From NCBI GenBank assembly GCA_001822065.1, contig MHPJ01000015.1:7186-71185 (forward strand): DNA of 64,000 nt. The letters are read 5' to 3'. The notes under the pieces were generated by a model, which was not told the DNA's origin, made no database searches, and saw only the letters and a list, made by a program, of their open reading frames with translations. Shown here piece after piece: positions 29,029-38,255 of the stretch. Both the position numbers and the translations under genes were made by a program. Positions within the stretch are counted from its first letter, which is position 1. Every line of letters starts with the position of its first letter. The stretch comes from Candidatus Staskawiczbacteria bacterium RIFOXYB1_FULL_37_44. GTDB taxonomy: Bacteria; Patescibacteriota; Minisyncoccia; Minisyncoccales; Staskawiczbacteraceae.

Positions 29029-29916
29029 ATGAAACAGTTTATAAAAATTTATATTTCTATATTCATTGGATTTTTTTTACCAACTCTCTTATTTTATTTG
29101 TGGATGGTCATTTTTGGTGGACGAGAAGGAATTAGTGTGGGCAAACTTTTTTATATGATCTCTATTTTTTCTGTTATATGTTCTGTTGTAATTGGTTCGG
29201 CAATGCTCCTCTTAAATATTTTCAGAAAGAAATTTAAAATTTATAAATGGGAAAGTATAATAATTTGGATTATCGCTGTTTTGACCCCGATAGCGGTTAT
29301 TAGTATCTCTGGTCAAAAGGGCATGTCTTTATCTAAAAATTTAGTTGGACAGTTTTTAGATATTTTATTCGGTGTATTTCTTAACACTCTTGTGTTGGCG
29401 ACTATATTTATTTTGCTTAATTGGTTGCACAAAAAATTAAAAATTAAATTTCCTCAATTATTAAATTTTAATAACACTTCTGTGAAAATTTTTTTAAAAG
29501 AAAACTGGTTCAAATTAATAATTTGCATAGCGATAGCCTTAATTGGTTTTTCTATTTTTTATTATTTTGTAGTTTTAGGAACGCAAAAAAATCAATCTTC
29601 TATAGAAGCGAAAGAGGAGGAAATAAGATTAAAACAAGAAAAGCAGTCAGTAGAATTTAATCAACAAAAAGAGGAAGAAACTGCGAAAAACTTAAACGCA
29701 GAAAATTTAGTTGGTTGCTTAAACACCGCAGAAATCAATCGTAATACAGATGTTAAATATTGGATTGATTGGGGAGACCCATATTGTAAACAATACAGCG
29801 GGGACGCGGGGCTGTATGGCCATTGCTTAGATGAGTTGCAAAAGAATATTGACAAAGTTAAAGCACAGGAGTCGCAGGCCAAAAATGATTGCTATAAACG
29901 ATACCCCCAAAATTAA
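29029..29916 (+). CDS. Multi-TM membrane protein with Cys-containing C-terminal ectodomain
   Basis: About 5 hydrophobic segments; FLKENWFKL..; C-terminal CYKRYPQN. Confidence 0.7.
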   Translation: MKQFIKIYISIFIGFFLPTLLFYLWMVIFGGREGISVGKLFYMISIFSVICSVVIGSAMLLLNIFRKKFKIYKWESIIIWIIAVLTPIAVISISGQKGMSLSKNLVGQFLDILFGVFLNTLVLATIFILLNWLHKKLKIKFPQLLNFNNTSVKIFLKENWFKLIICIAIALIGFSIFYYFVVLGTQKNQSSIEAKEEEIRLKQEKQSVEFNQQKEEETAKNLNAENLVGCLNTAEINRNTDVKYWIDWGDPYCKQYSGDAGLYGHCLDELQKNIDKVKAQESQAKNDCYKRYPQN

Positions 29917-29968
29917 GTCTAAAATTCAGTTTGTGCGGGAGAGATATATCTATAATCTAAAAAGATAA

Positions 29969-30463
29969 ATGATTTTATACCCAAAAGATTTTATAAAAGA
30001 AGTTTTAATCAAGGAAATAGGAGATATTGCTAATAAGCACGCTTATTTATCCTTTACTTTAATTTGTTGTGGAATTGAGTTTCTCGGAAAATGTTTAGAT
30101 ACTCAAGTCGAAGATTTTAATGAATATAAACAAAATAGTGGAGAGCAGTTTAAATGTGCAATAATTAAACTATTTCCAAATAAATATCATGATCATTGCC
30201 AATTGTTATGGCAAGGACTACGCAATGGATTAGTGCACGCAAACACGCCAAAATCTCAGATAGGATTATTTAGTAAAAATGATGAAATTTATTATAAAAT
30301 TTTGTATGAACAACACCCCGTTTTTGATAAAAAAGAAGATAAACTAATAATTGGAGTAGAATATTTTTATGACGATTTTGTAGAGGCGTGTAAAAAAATT
30401 TTAGAAATGGAGTTTTCGGCAGACAAAATGAATAAGCCCTTATTGAACACTCCATCAAAATAA
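29969..30463 (+). CDS. Hypothetical protein, HEPN-like (RxxxxH)
   Basis: CCGIEFLG and LRNGLVH motif. Confidence 0.55.
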   Translation: MILYPKDFIKEVLIKEIGDIANKHAYLSFTLICCGIEFLGKCLDTQVEDFNEYKQNSGEQFKCAIIKLFPNKYHDHCQLLWQGLRNGLVHANTPKSQIGLFSKNDEIYYKILYEQHPVFDKKEDKLIIGVEYFYDDFVEACKKILEMEFSADKMNKPLLNTPSK

Positions 30464-30465
30464 TT

Positions 30466-30783
30466 TAAAAAAATTTCGCGGCGGCGAGGACGCAAAAAAT
30501 TTCCTTTTGCCCCACACCCCAAAAGAATTTTTTGCACCCGAGCCGATTTTTCCGATTTTGTTTCTGCCCGCCCCGCCAGTTGGCGGGGCGGGAAATTTTA
30601 GGAGTTTTCTACAAAATAGGTTCTAACTTCGTCGTAAAGATACGCCATGATAAAATTTTTTTCTTTTTTCCCGACGAAATCGTGGGCGGCCGAAATGGCC
30701 GCCCAGTGTTTTGTAAGGGGAAATCGTTTCCGCTCGGCGCGCTTTGGCGCGCTTCGCGATTTGCCAAAACGAGGTTCAATCCG
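30466..30783 (-). repeat. About 310-bp inverted repeat, right copy (attR of element 2 plus frameshifted remnant of another LSR 3' end)
   Basis: Matches 28395-28706 inverted; 30643-30783 matches 26691-26832 directly. Confidence 0.9.
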
Positions 30784-30842
30784 CTTCCTTGAAAAGTGGT
30801 TTCTCGTTTGATTTGGGTGCCATTTTTTGATAAAGTAATCTA

Positions 30843-31439
30843 ATGGCTTTAAAACAAATTTTTGAATATGTATTTCCCCAAAAAAGATTTAACAGGGCGT
30901 TGATAATTTTGATTACATCAAATACTGCGATGGTTTTTGTTATAGGCTTGTTAACTCCTTTTTATGCGGTTTTTGTGCAGAAAATAGGAGGGAATATTGC
31001 TTCGGCCGGATTTTCATGGGCAGTTTTTTCAATTGTAGCGGGAGTTCTTACGCTCCTATTTGCTAAATGGCAACTCAAAGTAAAAGAACAAGAGCTATTG
31101 TTGGCTTTAGGATATTTAATCCGTGGATTAGTTTTTTTAAGCTATGCCTTTATGGGCAGTATTGCTCAATTAATATTTACACAAGTTCTTTGGGGTGTTG
31201 GAGCTGCCCTTGGAACGCCTGCTTTTGATGCCGTCTATAGTGCGCATACCAACAAGGAAGATTCAATAGTTCAATGGGGCCAATGGGAAGGTATCGCCGC
31301 TATAGCCACAGGATTAGCCGCTATCGTCGGCGGTATTTTAATTCAGGAGGTAGGATACCCGGTTGTCTTTATAGGAATGGCTGTTATATGCTTTTTGCTC
31401 GGAATATATATCTGGAAGCTTCCCCGGGAAGTTTTATAA
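30843..31439 (+). CDS. Half-size MFS transporter
   Basis: About 6 TM; MFS-like helices (QVLWGVGAALGTPA). Confidence 0.75.
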   Translation: MALKQIFEYVFPQKRFNRALIILITSNTAMVFVIGLLTPFYAVFVQKIGGNIASAGFSWAVFSIVAGVLTLLFAKWQLKVKEQELLLALGYLIRGLVFLSYAFMGSIAQLIFTQVLWGVGAALGTPAFDAVYSAHTNKEDSIVQWGQWEGIAAIATGLAAIVGGILIQEVGYPVVFIGMAVICFLLGIYIWKLPREVL

Positions 31440-31469
31440 AAAATAATCTCTTAATTTATTCCAAAAACA

Positions 31470-32260
31470 ATGGATCAGTTTTGGTCAATTATTATCGGAG
31501 TATTAGTTTTAACCAGCATAATAGTGTTTGGTTTTATTTTTTTTCAGGTGCATGAGTAACAGGCATCCTTAGTTTCTGATTTAAAATACAGAACTCAGAT
31601 TCTTTCGGAGAGCTTTAAAGAATCAATAGAACCTATATATATTGCAAACTCCAAGACTTCTTTGCAGAAAATTTTAGACAAATTTGCTGACAAGCAGAGG
31701 TTAATGGATTAGCGGTATATGACAATAAGGGAAATGTTGTGGCATCTTCTGCCGGGCTTTCAGACAAAATAGTTAATAGCGCAACTCCAACCAAAGAAAT
31801 GGACGCAGACAATGCCTCTGGTAATTTTGTGGTAGCAGAAAACAACAAAGTTTATGAGTTTATAAATCCAATGCATCAGGACAATGCAGTTATCGGGGCC
31901 ATTATGGTCGTGCAAAATGCCGACTATATAGGATCAGATGTAAATAAAATTTGGACAACCAATCTTCTGCGTTTGTTTTTACAGGTGTTGGTTTTTGCTA
32001 CTGCGGCAGTTCTTGTGCTTAGATGGTTGATTCTTAGGCCTATTCTAAAAATGATTAAGTTTATAAAATCCATTCGTTCGGGAAATATAGAACAGGGATT
32101 TGACGGCTTAGAAAAACACTCTTTCTTTAGGCCATTAGCCGATGAAATCGCTAAAATATCAGACAGTTTATCAAGAGCCGGATCAGCGGCTTCAGAAGAG
32201 GCAAGGCTGAGGATGGAAAAATTAGATACTCCATGGACTGCGCATTTTGTATTGACATAG
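31470..32260 (+). pseudogene. Disrupted TM-sensor/HAMP N-terminal region, probably of a trehalose-6-phosphate synthase fusion
   Basis: ATG 31470, early TAA, frameshift, HAMP-like segment, ends EEARLRMEKLDTPWTA with no catalytic domain. Confidence 0.5.
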
Positions 32261-32305
32261 TTTTTTGTGTTATAATTAAAAAATAATTATTAAGAAATAA
32301 AAAAA

Positions 32306-32545
32306 ATGAATAATAAAGTTATTTTGATAGTTGTTTCTGCGATAGCGTTACTGCTTATTGCAGCCGCAAGTTGCTTTTATGTTGGATTTCTTGTCGGCGG
32401 TAGAAATGGTTTTATAGCCGGAAAAGAGCAGGGTTTTAAGGATGGGCAAAAAGCGACGCTGGAAATTAGAGACATGGCAAACCCATATGCCGAGTTAGAA
32501 GCCGTGGCAAATCCTTTTCAGCAAGAGTACGAAAACCCTTTTTAA
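32306..32545 (+). CDS. Small membrane protein
   Basis: TM; GxxxG repeats; NPF motifs. Confidence 0.65.
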   Translation: MNNKVILIVVSAIALLLIAAASCFYVGFLVGGRNGFIAGKEQGFKDGQKATLEIRDMANPYAELEAVANPFQQEYENPF

Positions 32546-32567
32546 TTAAAATTATTAATTTAAAAAT

Positions 32568-34097
32568 ATGAGAATTAATAAATTATTATTTATATTTTTC
32601 ATTCTTTTTGTGTCGATACCTATCACAACCTTTGCCGCCAATTTAGATAACGTTAATTATCCGATTGCTGCGCTTGGCAATTGTGATTTCAAACAAGCTT
32701 GCCACGATTATTGCAACAAAGAGGAAAACCATTTAGCTTGCATTGAGTTCGCAAAAAATAAAGAAATATACAGTGATGAAAAAGCTGACAGGATGGCGAA
32801 CATGGAAAAATTTAAAAGGGGAATGGAGTCAGCGTTTGAGGATACTCCTGGTGGATGTGTTTCCCCTCGCGAATGTGATGCCTATTGCAGGATAGAAGAG
32901 CATTTGGATGAATGTCTAAATTACAGTGTTAAAATTGGTCACGCAACTCAAGAAGAAGCAGATAAAATAAGAGAAAAAGCAAACAAGGGCGGACCCGGAG
33001 GGTGCAAGTCAAAAGAAACCTGTAAAGGATATTGTACTATGCCCGAGCATTTTGACGAATGCGCAAATTTTTTGGTTGAAGACGGGAAACTTTCGGCGGA
33101 AGATGCAAAATTTGCCGCCGAGGCAATGCGCGAAGCCGAAGAGTTTAAAAACCAAAAACCTGCGGAAGTTAATCAGAAAAAAGCTGCTGAAATTTTGAAA
33201 ATTGGCTCAGGTCCTGGCGGATGCGTTAATGTGGAGGAATGTAGTAAATTTTGCTCTGGACCAGAGCATATGGATGAGTGTCTCGCATTTGCGCAAAAGA
33301 ATAATTTGATTGCGCCTGAAAATTTAGAAAAAGCAAAGAAATTGATGGCCGCTGGAGGACCTGGGGGATGCAGGGGACAAACAGAATGTAAAGCTTATTG
33401 CAATCAGGAGGAGCACAGCCAGGAATGCATGGATTTTTCTCTTAAAAACGGGACTATGACTCAAGGGCAATATGATAAAATGAATAAATTAAGGAATATG
33501 ATGGAAAAAACTAGTCAACCGCAGGCTGCCAGGCCAGGAGGATGCAAAACAGATGAAGAGTGCAACAAGTATTGCACTGATTCCTCTCGCATAGAGGAAT
33601 GTATTGATTATGCGCTTGGCGGAGGAAGACTTAATGGAGAAATAATCAAAAATATGATGGGTAAAAGCGAGAGCGCTCGCCAGAAGTTTGAGGAAATGAG
33701 GCAAGAATTAGAAAAATTTAATCAATCAGAAGGCGGGCAAATGCCTCCAGCGGGCGGAGTAGGTGGCCAGGGAGAAAAATATCAAGTGCCGCCGAATACG
33801 GCTCGACCACCTGTTCAGGGCGAAGGTAATTATGGTCCGCCAGAGGGATACGGCCCGCCACCAGGAAATTATGGCCCTCCACCTGGATACAACGGCCAAA
33901 TGCCGCCTCCGGAAGTTATACAAAAAATGATTCAAGGCGGCCAGATGCCGCCAGAGGATTTTCGGCCCGGTGAACAGTCGTCTCCTGGTTATCAACCAGG
34001 TCAACAACCTCCGCCACCAAGCAGTTTTATTATAAACAAGGATTCTCTTGTCGGCTCATTAATTGATGCCGCATTCAAATTTTTTACCAAACGTTAA
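32568..34097 (+). CDS. Secreted Cys-rich repeat protein (GPGGCxxxxECxxYCxxxEHxxEC x6) with Pro/Gly/Gln tail
   Basis: Signal peptide and visible internal repeats. Confidence 0.8.
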   Translation: MRINKLLFIFFILFVSIPITTFAANLDNVNYPIAALGNCDFKQACHDYCNKEENHLACIEFAKNKEIYSDEKADRMANMEKFKRGMESAFEDTPGGCVSPRECDAYCRIEEHLDECLNYSVKIGHATQEEADKIREKANKGGPGGCKSKETCKGYCTMPEHFDECANFLVEDGKLSAEDAKFAAEAMREAEEFKNQKPAEVNQKKAAEILKIGSGPGGCVNVEECSKFCSGPEHMDECLAFAQKNNLIAPENLEKAKKLMAAGGPGGCRGQTECKAYCNQEEHSQECMDFSLKNGTMTQGQYDKMNKLRNMMEKTSQPQAARPGGCKTDEECNKYCTDSSRIEECIDYALGGGRLNGEIIKNMMGKSESARQKFEEMRQELEKFNQSEGGQMPPAGGVGGQGEKYQVPPNTARPPVQGEGNYGPPEGYGPPPGNYGPPPGYNGQMPPPEVIQKMIQGGQMPPEDFRPGEQSSPGYQPGQQPPPPSSFIINKDSLVGSLIDAAFKFFTKR

Positions 34098-34168
34098 AAT
34101 ATGGCTCAACGAGTTGAGCCATAAAACCGCCTTTTAATTGAGGTGGTTTTTTGATAGGATAAATTAAT

Positions 34169-35185
34169 ATGAAAAACAAAGCACGAGTTACCACTGAATA
34201 CAAGGGGGCATATAAAGTTAAAAATGAACACGGAGAATTTCTGGCGAAAGTCACCGGAAAGCGGATTTTTGATGCTTTATCCAGAGAGGACTATCCTGCT
34301 GTGGGAGATTGGGTAATTATTGAAGAACTTCCAGAACAGCAAGCAGTGATCAAGAAAATTTTACCAAGAAAAACAGTAATAAAAAGAATGCATAAAGACA
34401 GGAGCAGAATCGGCGGAAAAAATGAAACGCAAATTATAGCGACCAACATTGACGTTGCTTTTGTTGTGGAATCGGTTGATAGAGATTTTAATCTGAATCG
34501 TTTTGAAAGGTATTTTGCCATAGCTAAAGACGGAGGCGTAAAGCCTACCATTATATTAAATAAAATAGATTTAATCTCTAAAGAAGAATTAGATATAAAA
34601 TTAGCTCAAGTAAAGAATAGATTTAATGATGTTGATTTTATTCCGACTAGTATTATTACCGATGAGGGGTTGAGTGAATTAAAAATGTATATGAAAAAGG
34701 GAAAAACATATTGCTTCCTTGGCTCTTCCGGGGTTGGTAAGTCTTCTTTAATTAACAAACTGCTTGGAGAAAATATCATAAAGACGGAAAATATAAGTAT
34801 TAGCACGGGGAAAGGGAAGCATACTACAACAAGCCGAGAAATGTATTTTCTGGAAAATGGCGCTATTGTTGTAGATAATCCGGGAATGCGAGAAGTAGGA
34901 ATGACGGATACGGGCTTAGGCATAGATAATTTATTTGACGAAATAATGATTTTAGCCAAAAATTGCAAATATGTTGATTGCATACATATTCACGAGCCGG
35001 GATGCAAGGTATTGTCTGCTGTAAAATCTGGAGAATTGGATAAAGATAAATATTTAAATTACGTCAGCTTAAAAAGGGAAGTCGAACATTATGAAATGAC
35101 TAAACTTGAAAAAAGAGAGAAAGATAAACAATTTGGTAAATTTGTTAAAAATGCGAAAAAAGAATTAAAAAAATATAAGCATTAG
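34169..35185 (+). CDS. rsgA: Small ribosomal subunit biogenesis GTPase RsgA
   Basis: PAVGDWV, NKID, GSSGVGKSSLIN, GKHTTT, DNPG, CxxxxCxHxxEPGC. Confidence 0.95.
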   Translation: MKNKARVTTEYKGAYKVKNEHGEFLAKVTGKRIFDALSREDYPAVGDWVIIEELPEQQAVIKKILPRKTVIKRMHKDRSRIGGKNETQIIATNIDVAFVVESVDRDFNLNRFERYFAIAKDGGVKPTIILNKIDLISKEELDIKLAQVKNRFNDVDFIPTSIITDEGLSELKMYMKKGKTYCFLGSSGVGKSSLINKLLGENIIKTENISISTGKGKHTTTSREMYFLENGAIVVDNPGMREVGMTDTGLGIDNLFDEIMILAKNCKYVDCIHIHEPGCKVLSAVKSGELDKDKYLNYVSLKREVEHYEMTKLEKREKDKQFGKFVKNAKKELKKYKH

Positions 35186-35186
35186 T

Positions 35187-35921
35187 ATGGAAAAAGATAA
35201 AATAAAAAAAATTGTAAGAGATGCATATAAAGAAATAGCCGTTAGTGGCGCGGGCTGCGGGTGCAGCTGCAATCGCGCAAAAAATATCTCAAAAAGCATT
35301 GGATATTCTGATGAAGAGTTAAAAATAGTGGGCGAGGCTAACCTTGGCTTGGGATGTGGAAACCCTTTGGCTTTTGGAAAAATAAAAGAAGGAGATACTG
35401 TATTGGATTTGGGTTCTGGGGCGGGGATTGATGCAATTTTAGCTGCTCAAAAAGTAGGAGAAAAAGGTAAAGTTATTGGCGTAGATATGACAAAAGAAAT
35501 GATAGAGAAAGCAAAAGAAAATGCCAAGAAACAGGGCGTTAAAAATGTAGAGTTTTTGTTGGGTGAAATAGAAAACCTGCCGCTTAAAGATAATTCAGTT
35601 GATACAATTGTTACAAATTGTGTTGTAAACCTAACGCCCGACAAAGCAAAAACATTTAGCGAGGCATATAGAGTTTTAAAATCGGGCGGAAGAATTTATT
35701 TATCTGACATTGTTTTACTGGAAGAATTAACAGAAGAACAAAGGAATAATAAAAAGCTTATTTCCGGCTGTGTGGCAGGCGCTTTATTGAGAGATGATTA
35801 TTTAAACAAGATAAGGGAAGCTGGATTTGGTGTGAAGATTTTATATGAAAATACCGGAATTAGTAAGGAGCAGTACAATGGAATACCCCTAGAAAGCATA
35901 ATGGTTGAGCTAACTAAATAA
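35187..35921 (+). CDS. arsM: Arsenite methyltransferase
   Basis: NLGLGCGNP, LDLGSGAGID, NCVVNL, GCVAGA. Confidence 0.88.
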   Translation: MEKDKIKKIVRDAYKEIAVSGAGCGCSCNRAKNISKSIGYSDEELKIVGEANLGLGCGNPLAFGKIKEGDTVLDLGSGAGIDAILAAQKVGEKGKVIGVDMTKEMIEKAKENAKKQGVKNVEFLLGEIENLPLKDNSVDTIVTNCVVNLTPDKAKTFSEAYRVLKSGGRIYLSDIVLLEELTEEQRNNKKLISGCVAGALLRDDYLNKIREAGFGVKILYENTGISKEQYNGIPLESIMVELTK

Positions 35922-35971
35922 ATCTACAGTACTATTAATAAATTATTAACCTTTTAAAAATATAATTAAAA

Positions 35972-36550
35972 ATGATGGAAGATAATTATATAAAAAAAGA
36001 CGGATACAAAAAAAGGCCATTGTGGCAATGGATTTTATTGTACGTTGTGGCAGCCGGAGCTGCTTATGGTTTGATATATTATTTTTTCTTCGGGAAAAAT
36101 AATGACTATGTTTATAATCAAAGTCAGAACCAAACCAATAATCAGCAAAACACCGGTGCGATATCCAACGATTATTTTTTAAATTTAAGTAATAATGGGC
36201 TAACAAGTTTATCACAATCTATTTTTGACCAAACAAATTTACAGGAACTTGATATATCGAACAATTCGCTTACTGGCGCCATTCCTGCTGAAATAAGAAA
36301 ACTAAAAAATTTAATAATTCTTAATGCCAGTTATAATCAAATGACTGGTGTGCCTGCAGAAATTGGCCAATTATTAAATTTGCAAGTTCTTGATTTGTCC
36401 TACAATCAAATAACTGGTTTGCCCAATGAACTGGGAAATTTAAAAAATTTGAAAACGTTAAATTTATCTGGTAACGCATATTCTCAGCAAGACCTTAATG
36501 GCATACGCAGCAAGCTTCCGACAACTGTAAATATTATTATAAGCCAGTAG
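35972..36550 (+). CDS. Membrane-anchored leucine-rich repeat protein
   Basis: LxxLDLSxNxLTGxPxEIGxL repeats. Confidence 0.85.
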   Translation: MMEDNYIKKDGYKKRPLWQWILLYVVAAGAAYGLIYYFFFGKNNDYVYNQSQNQTNNQQNTGAISNDYFLNLSNNGLTSLSQSIFDQTNLQELDISNNSLTGAIPAEIRKLKNLIILNASYNQMTGVPAEIGQLLNLQVLDLSYNQITGLPNELGNLKNLKTLNLSGNAYSQQDLNGIRSKLPTTVNIIISQ

Positions 36551-36648
36551 CGCATTTTACGGAAAACGCTTTTATATGAGGCGTTTTTTGTTTAACGCAA
36601 AGTTAATTATAATTTTGTATTCTAAATTTAAGAATTAAAAATAAAAAA

Positions 36649-36837
36649 ATGCCAGTTTTGGAAGCATCTCAAATATTATTTAATTTTATAATATCGTCCG
36701 CGGTAGTTGTTATAACAATATTTATCAGTTTAATAGCAGTTGATGCTATAAAGCTTCTCAAAACCGTTAGAAAATTTTTAGAAAGCGTTTTAAACTTATC
36801 AATTGTTTCAAAATTTTTTAAGAAAAAAAATAAGTAA
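36649..36837 (+). CDS. Small membrane protein
   Basis: 62-aa hydrophobic ORF upstream of the YtxH-like gene. Confidence 0.55.
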   Translation: MPVLEASQILFNFIISSAVVVITIFISLIAVDAIKLLKTVRKFLESVLNLSIVSKFFKKKNK

Positions 36838-36847
36838 AAATAAAAAT

Positions 36848-37174
36848 ATGTCAAAAGGTAATACATTAAAATTTTTAGAGGGAGCTGCCGTGGGGCTGGC
36901 TTTAGGCGTGGCAGCTAATATGTTTTTAGATTCAAAAAAGGGAAAAGCATTAAAAAACGACATAGAAAGCATAATGGCAGATTTTTATAAATATGCTTCT
37001 CCTAAAGTTAAAAAAATAAAAAAATTGGGTGAGAAAGAATATAAAATATTTATGAAAGGCGCGGCAGAGAATTATGCCAAGCTAAAAAAAATATCCGGCA
37101 ATATGGCAGAGCAAATTATAGAAAAAGCCCAAGAATCATGGGAGAGCTTTTCCAATAACCAGCAAGAAAAATAA
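36848..37174 (+). CDS. YtxH-like protein
   Basis: FLEGAAVGLALGVAA...KKGK; ATG at 36848. Confidence 0.6.
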   Translation: MSKGNTLKFLEGAAVGLALGVAANMFLDSKKGKALKNDIESIMADFYKYASPKVKKIKKLGEKEYKIFMKGAAENYAKLKKISGNMAEQIIEKAQESWESFSNNQQEK

Positions 37175-37241
37175 TTTTTACAAAGCCACCTTTTATTTTG
37201 GGCGATTTTTTAGTATAATTATCAAATTAATTAATACAAAT

Positions 37242-38246
37242 ATGAAAATTGCTTTTTTTGAAATAGAGGATTGGCAAAAAGATTATTTAATAGAAAAACT
37301 CGCAGGTCACGAGCTGTCTTTTTTTACAGAGCCGCTGTCTTTAGAAAATATTAGCTCGGCAACGGGTTGCGCCATAATTTCTCCATTTATTTATTCTCAA
37401 ATTAATAAAGATATTTTGCAAAAACTTCCCGATTTAAAAATGGTCAGCACGCGCTCAACCGGGTTTGACCATATTGATATTCAAAAAGCAGAAGAAAACA
37501 AAATTGCTGTGTGTAATGTGCCGTATTACGGTGAAAATACGGTGGCCGAACACACCTTTGCGCTCATTACGGCTTTATCGAGGAAATTAACTGACTCTGT
37601 TGAGCGGGCCAGAAAGGGGGACTTCACTTTAGACGGATTGCGGGGATTTGATTTAAAAGGTAAAACTTTAGGCATTATTGGAACAGGCCACATTGGTCTG
37701 CATGTTGCCAGAATTGCCAATGGTTTTGAAATGGAAGTTTTGGCTTTTGATACGAAACCGGATAAAAAATTGGCTAAGAAAATAGGATTTAAATATGTTG
37801 ATATGGAAAATTTGCTGGCAAAATCCGATATTATAACCTTGCATATTCCAGACAACGAATCAACGCATCATTTAATCAATTCAACAAACATAAATTTAAT
37901 TAAAAAGGGCGCATATTTAATAAATACTGCGAGAGGCGGATTAATAGAAACGCAAGCTTTACTGAAGGCGCTATCCGGCGGAATTTTAGCGGGAGCGGGT
38001 TTAGATGTTTTAGAAGAAGAATGTTTTGTAAAAGAAGAGGCCCAGCTTTTATCAAAAGAATTTCCTAAAACTTGTGATTTAAAAACTGTTTTGCAAAATC
38101 ACATTTTATTACAGCAGAAAAATGTTATAATAACTCCTCATAATGCCTTTAACTCGCGGGAAGCTTTAAAAAGGATTCTTGATGCAACCGTAGAAAATAT
38201 AAATGGTTTTAAGGCAAACAAACTCATAAATATTGTGAAGAAATAA
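37242..38246 (+). CDS. D-isomer-specific 2-hydroxyacid (D-lactate-type) dehydrogenase
   Basis: RSTGFDHID, GIIGTGHIG, LINTARG, DVLEEE, TPHNAF. Confidence 0.92.
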   Translation: MKIAFFEIEDWQKDYLIEKLAGHELSFFTEPLSLENISSATGCAIISPFIYSQINKDILQKLPDLKMVSTRSTGFDHIDIQKAEENKIAVCNVPYYGENTVAEHTFALITALSRKLTDSVERARKGDFTLDGLRGFDLKGKTLGIIGTGHIGLHVARIANGFEMEVLAFDTKPDKKLAKKIGFKYVDMENLLAKSDIITLHIPDNESTHHLINSTNINLIKKGAYLINTARGGLIETQALLKALSGGILAGAGLDVLEEECFVKEEAQLLSKEFPKTCDLKTVLQNHILLQQKNVIITPHNAFNSREALKRILDATVENINGFKANKLINIVKK

Positions 38247-38255
38247 ATAATTAAA

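Larger units (their letters stand above)
26691..30645. mobile_element. Integrative element 2 (about 3.95 kb), in tandem with element 1
   Basis: CGC core at 26691-26693 and 30643-30645; rejoining gives in-frame ...IIAYLYDEVRTYFVENS*. Confidence 0.75.

Noticed and set aside
26691..30783. Diversity-generating retroelement (template/variable repeat pair)
   Set aside because: No reverse transcriptase is present and the differences between copies are not adenine-specific.
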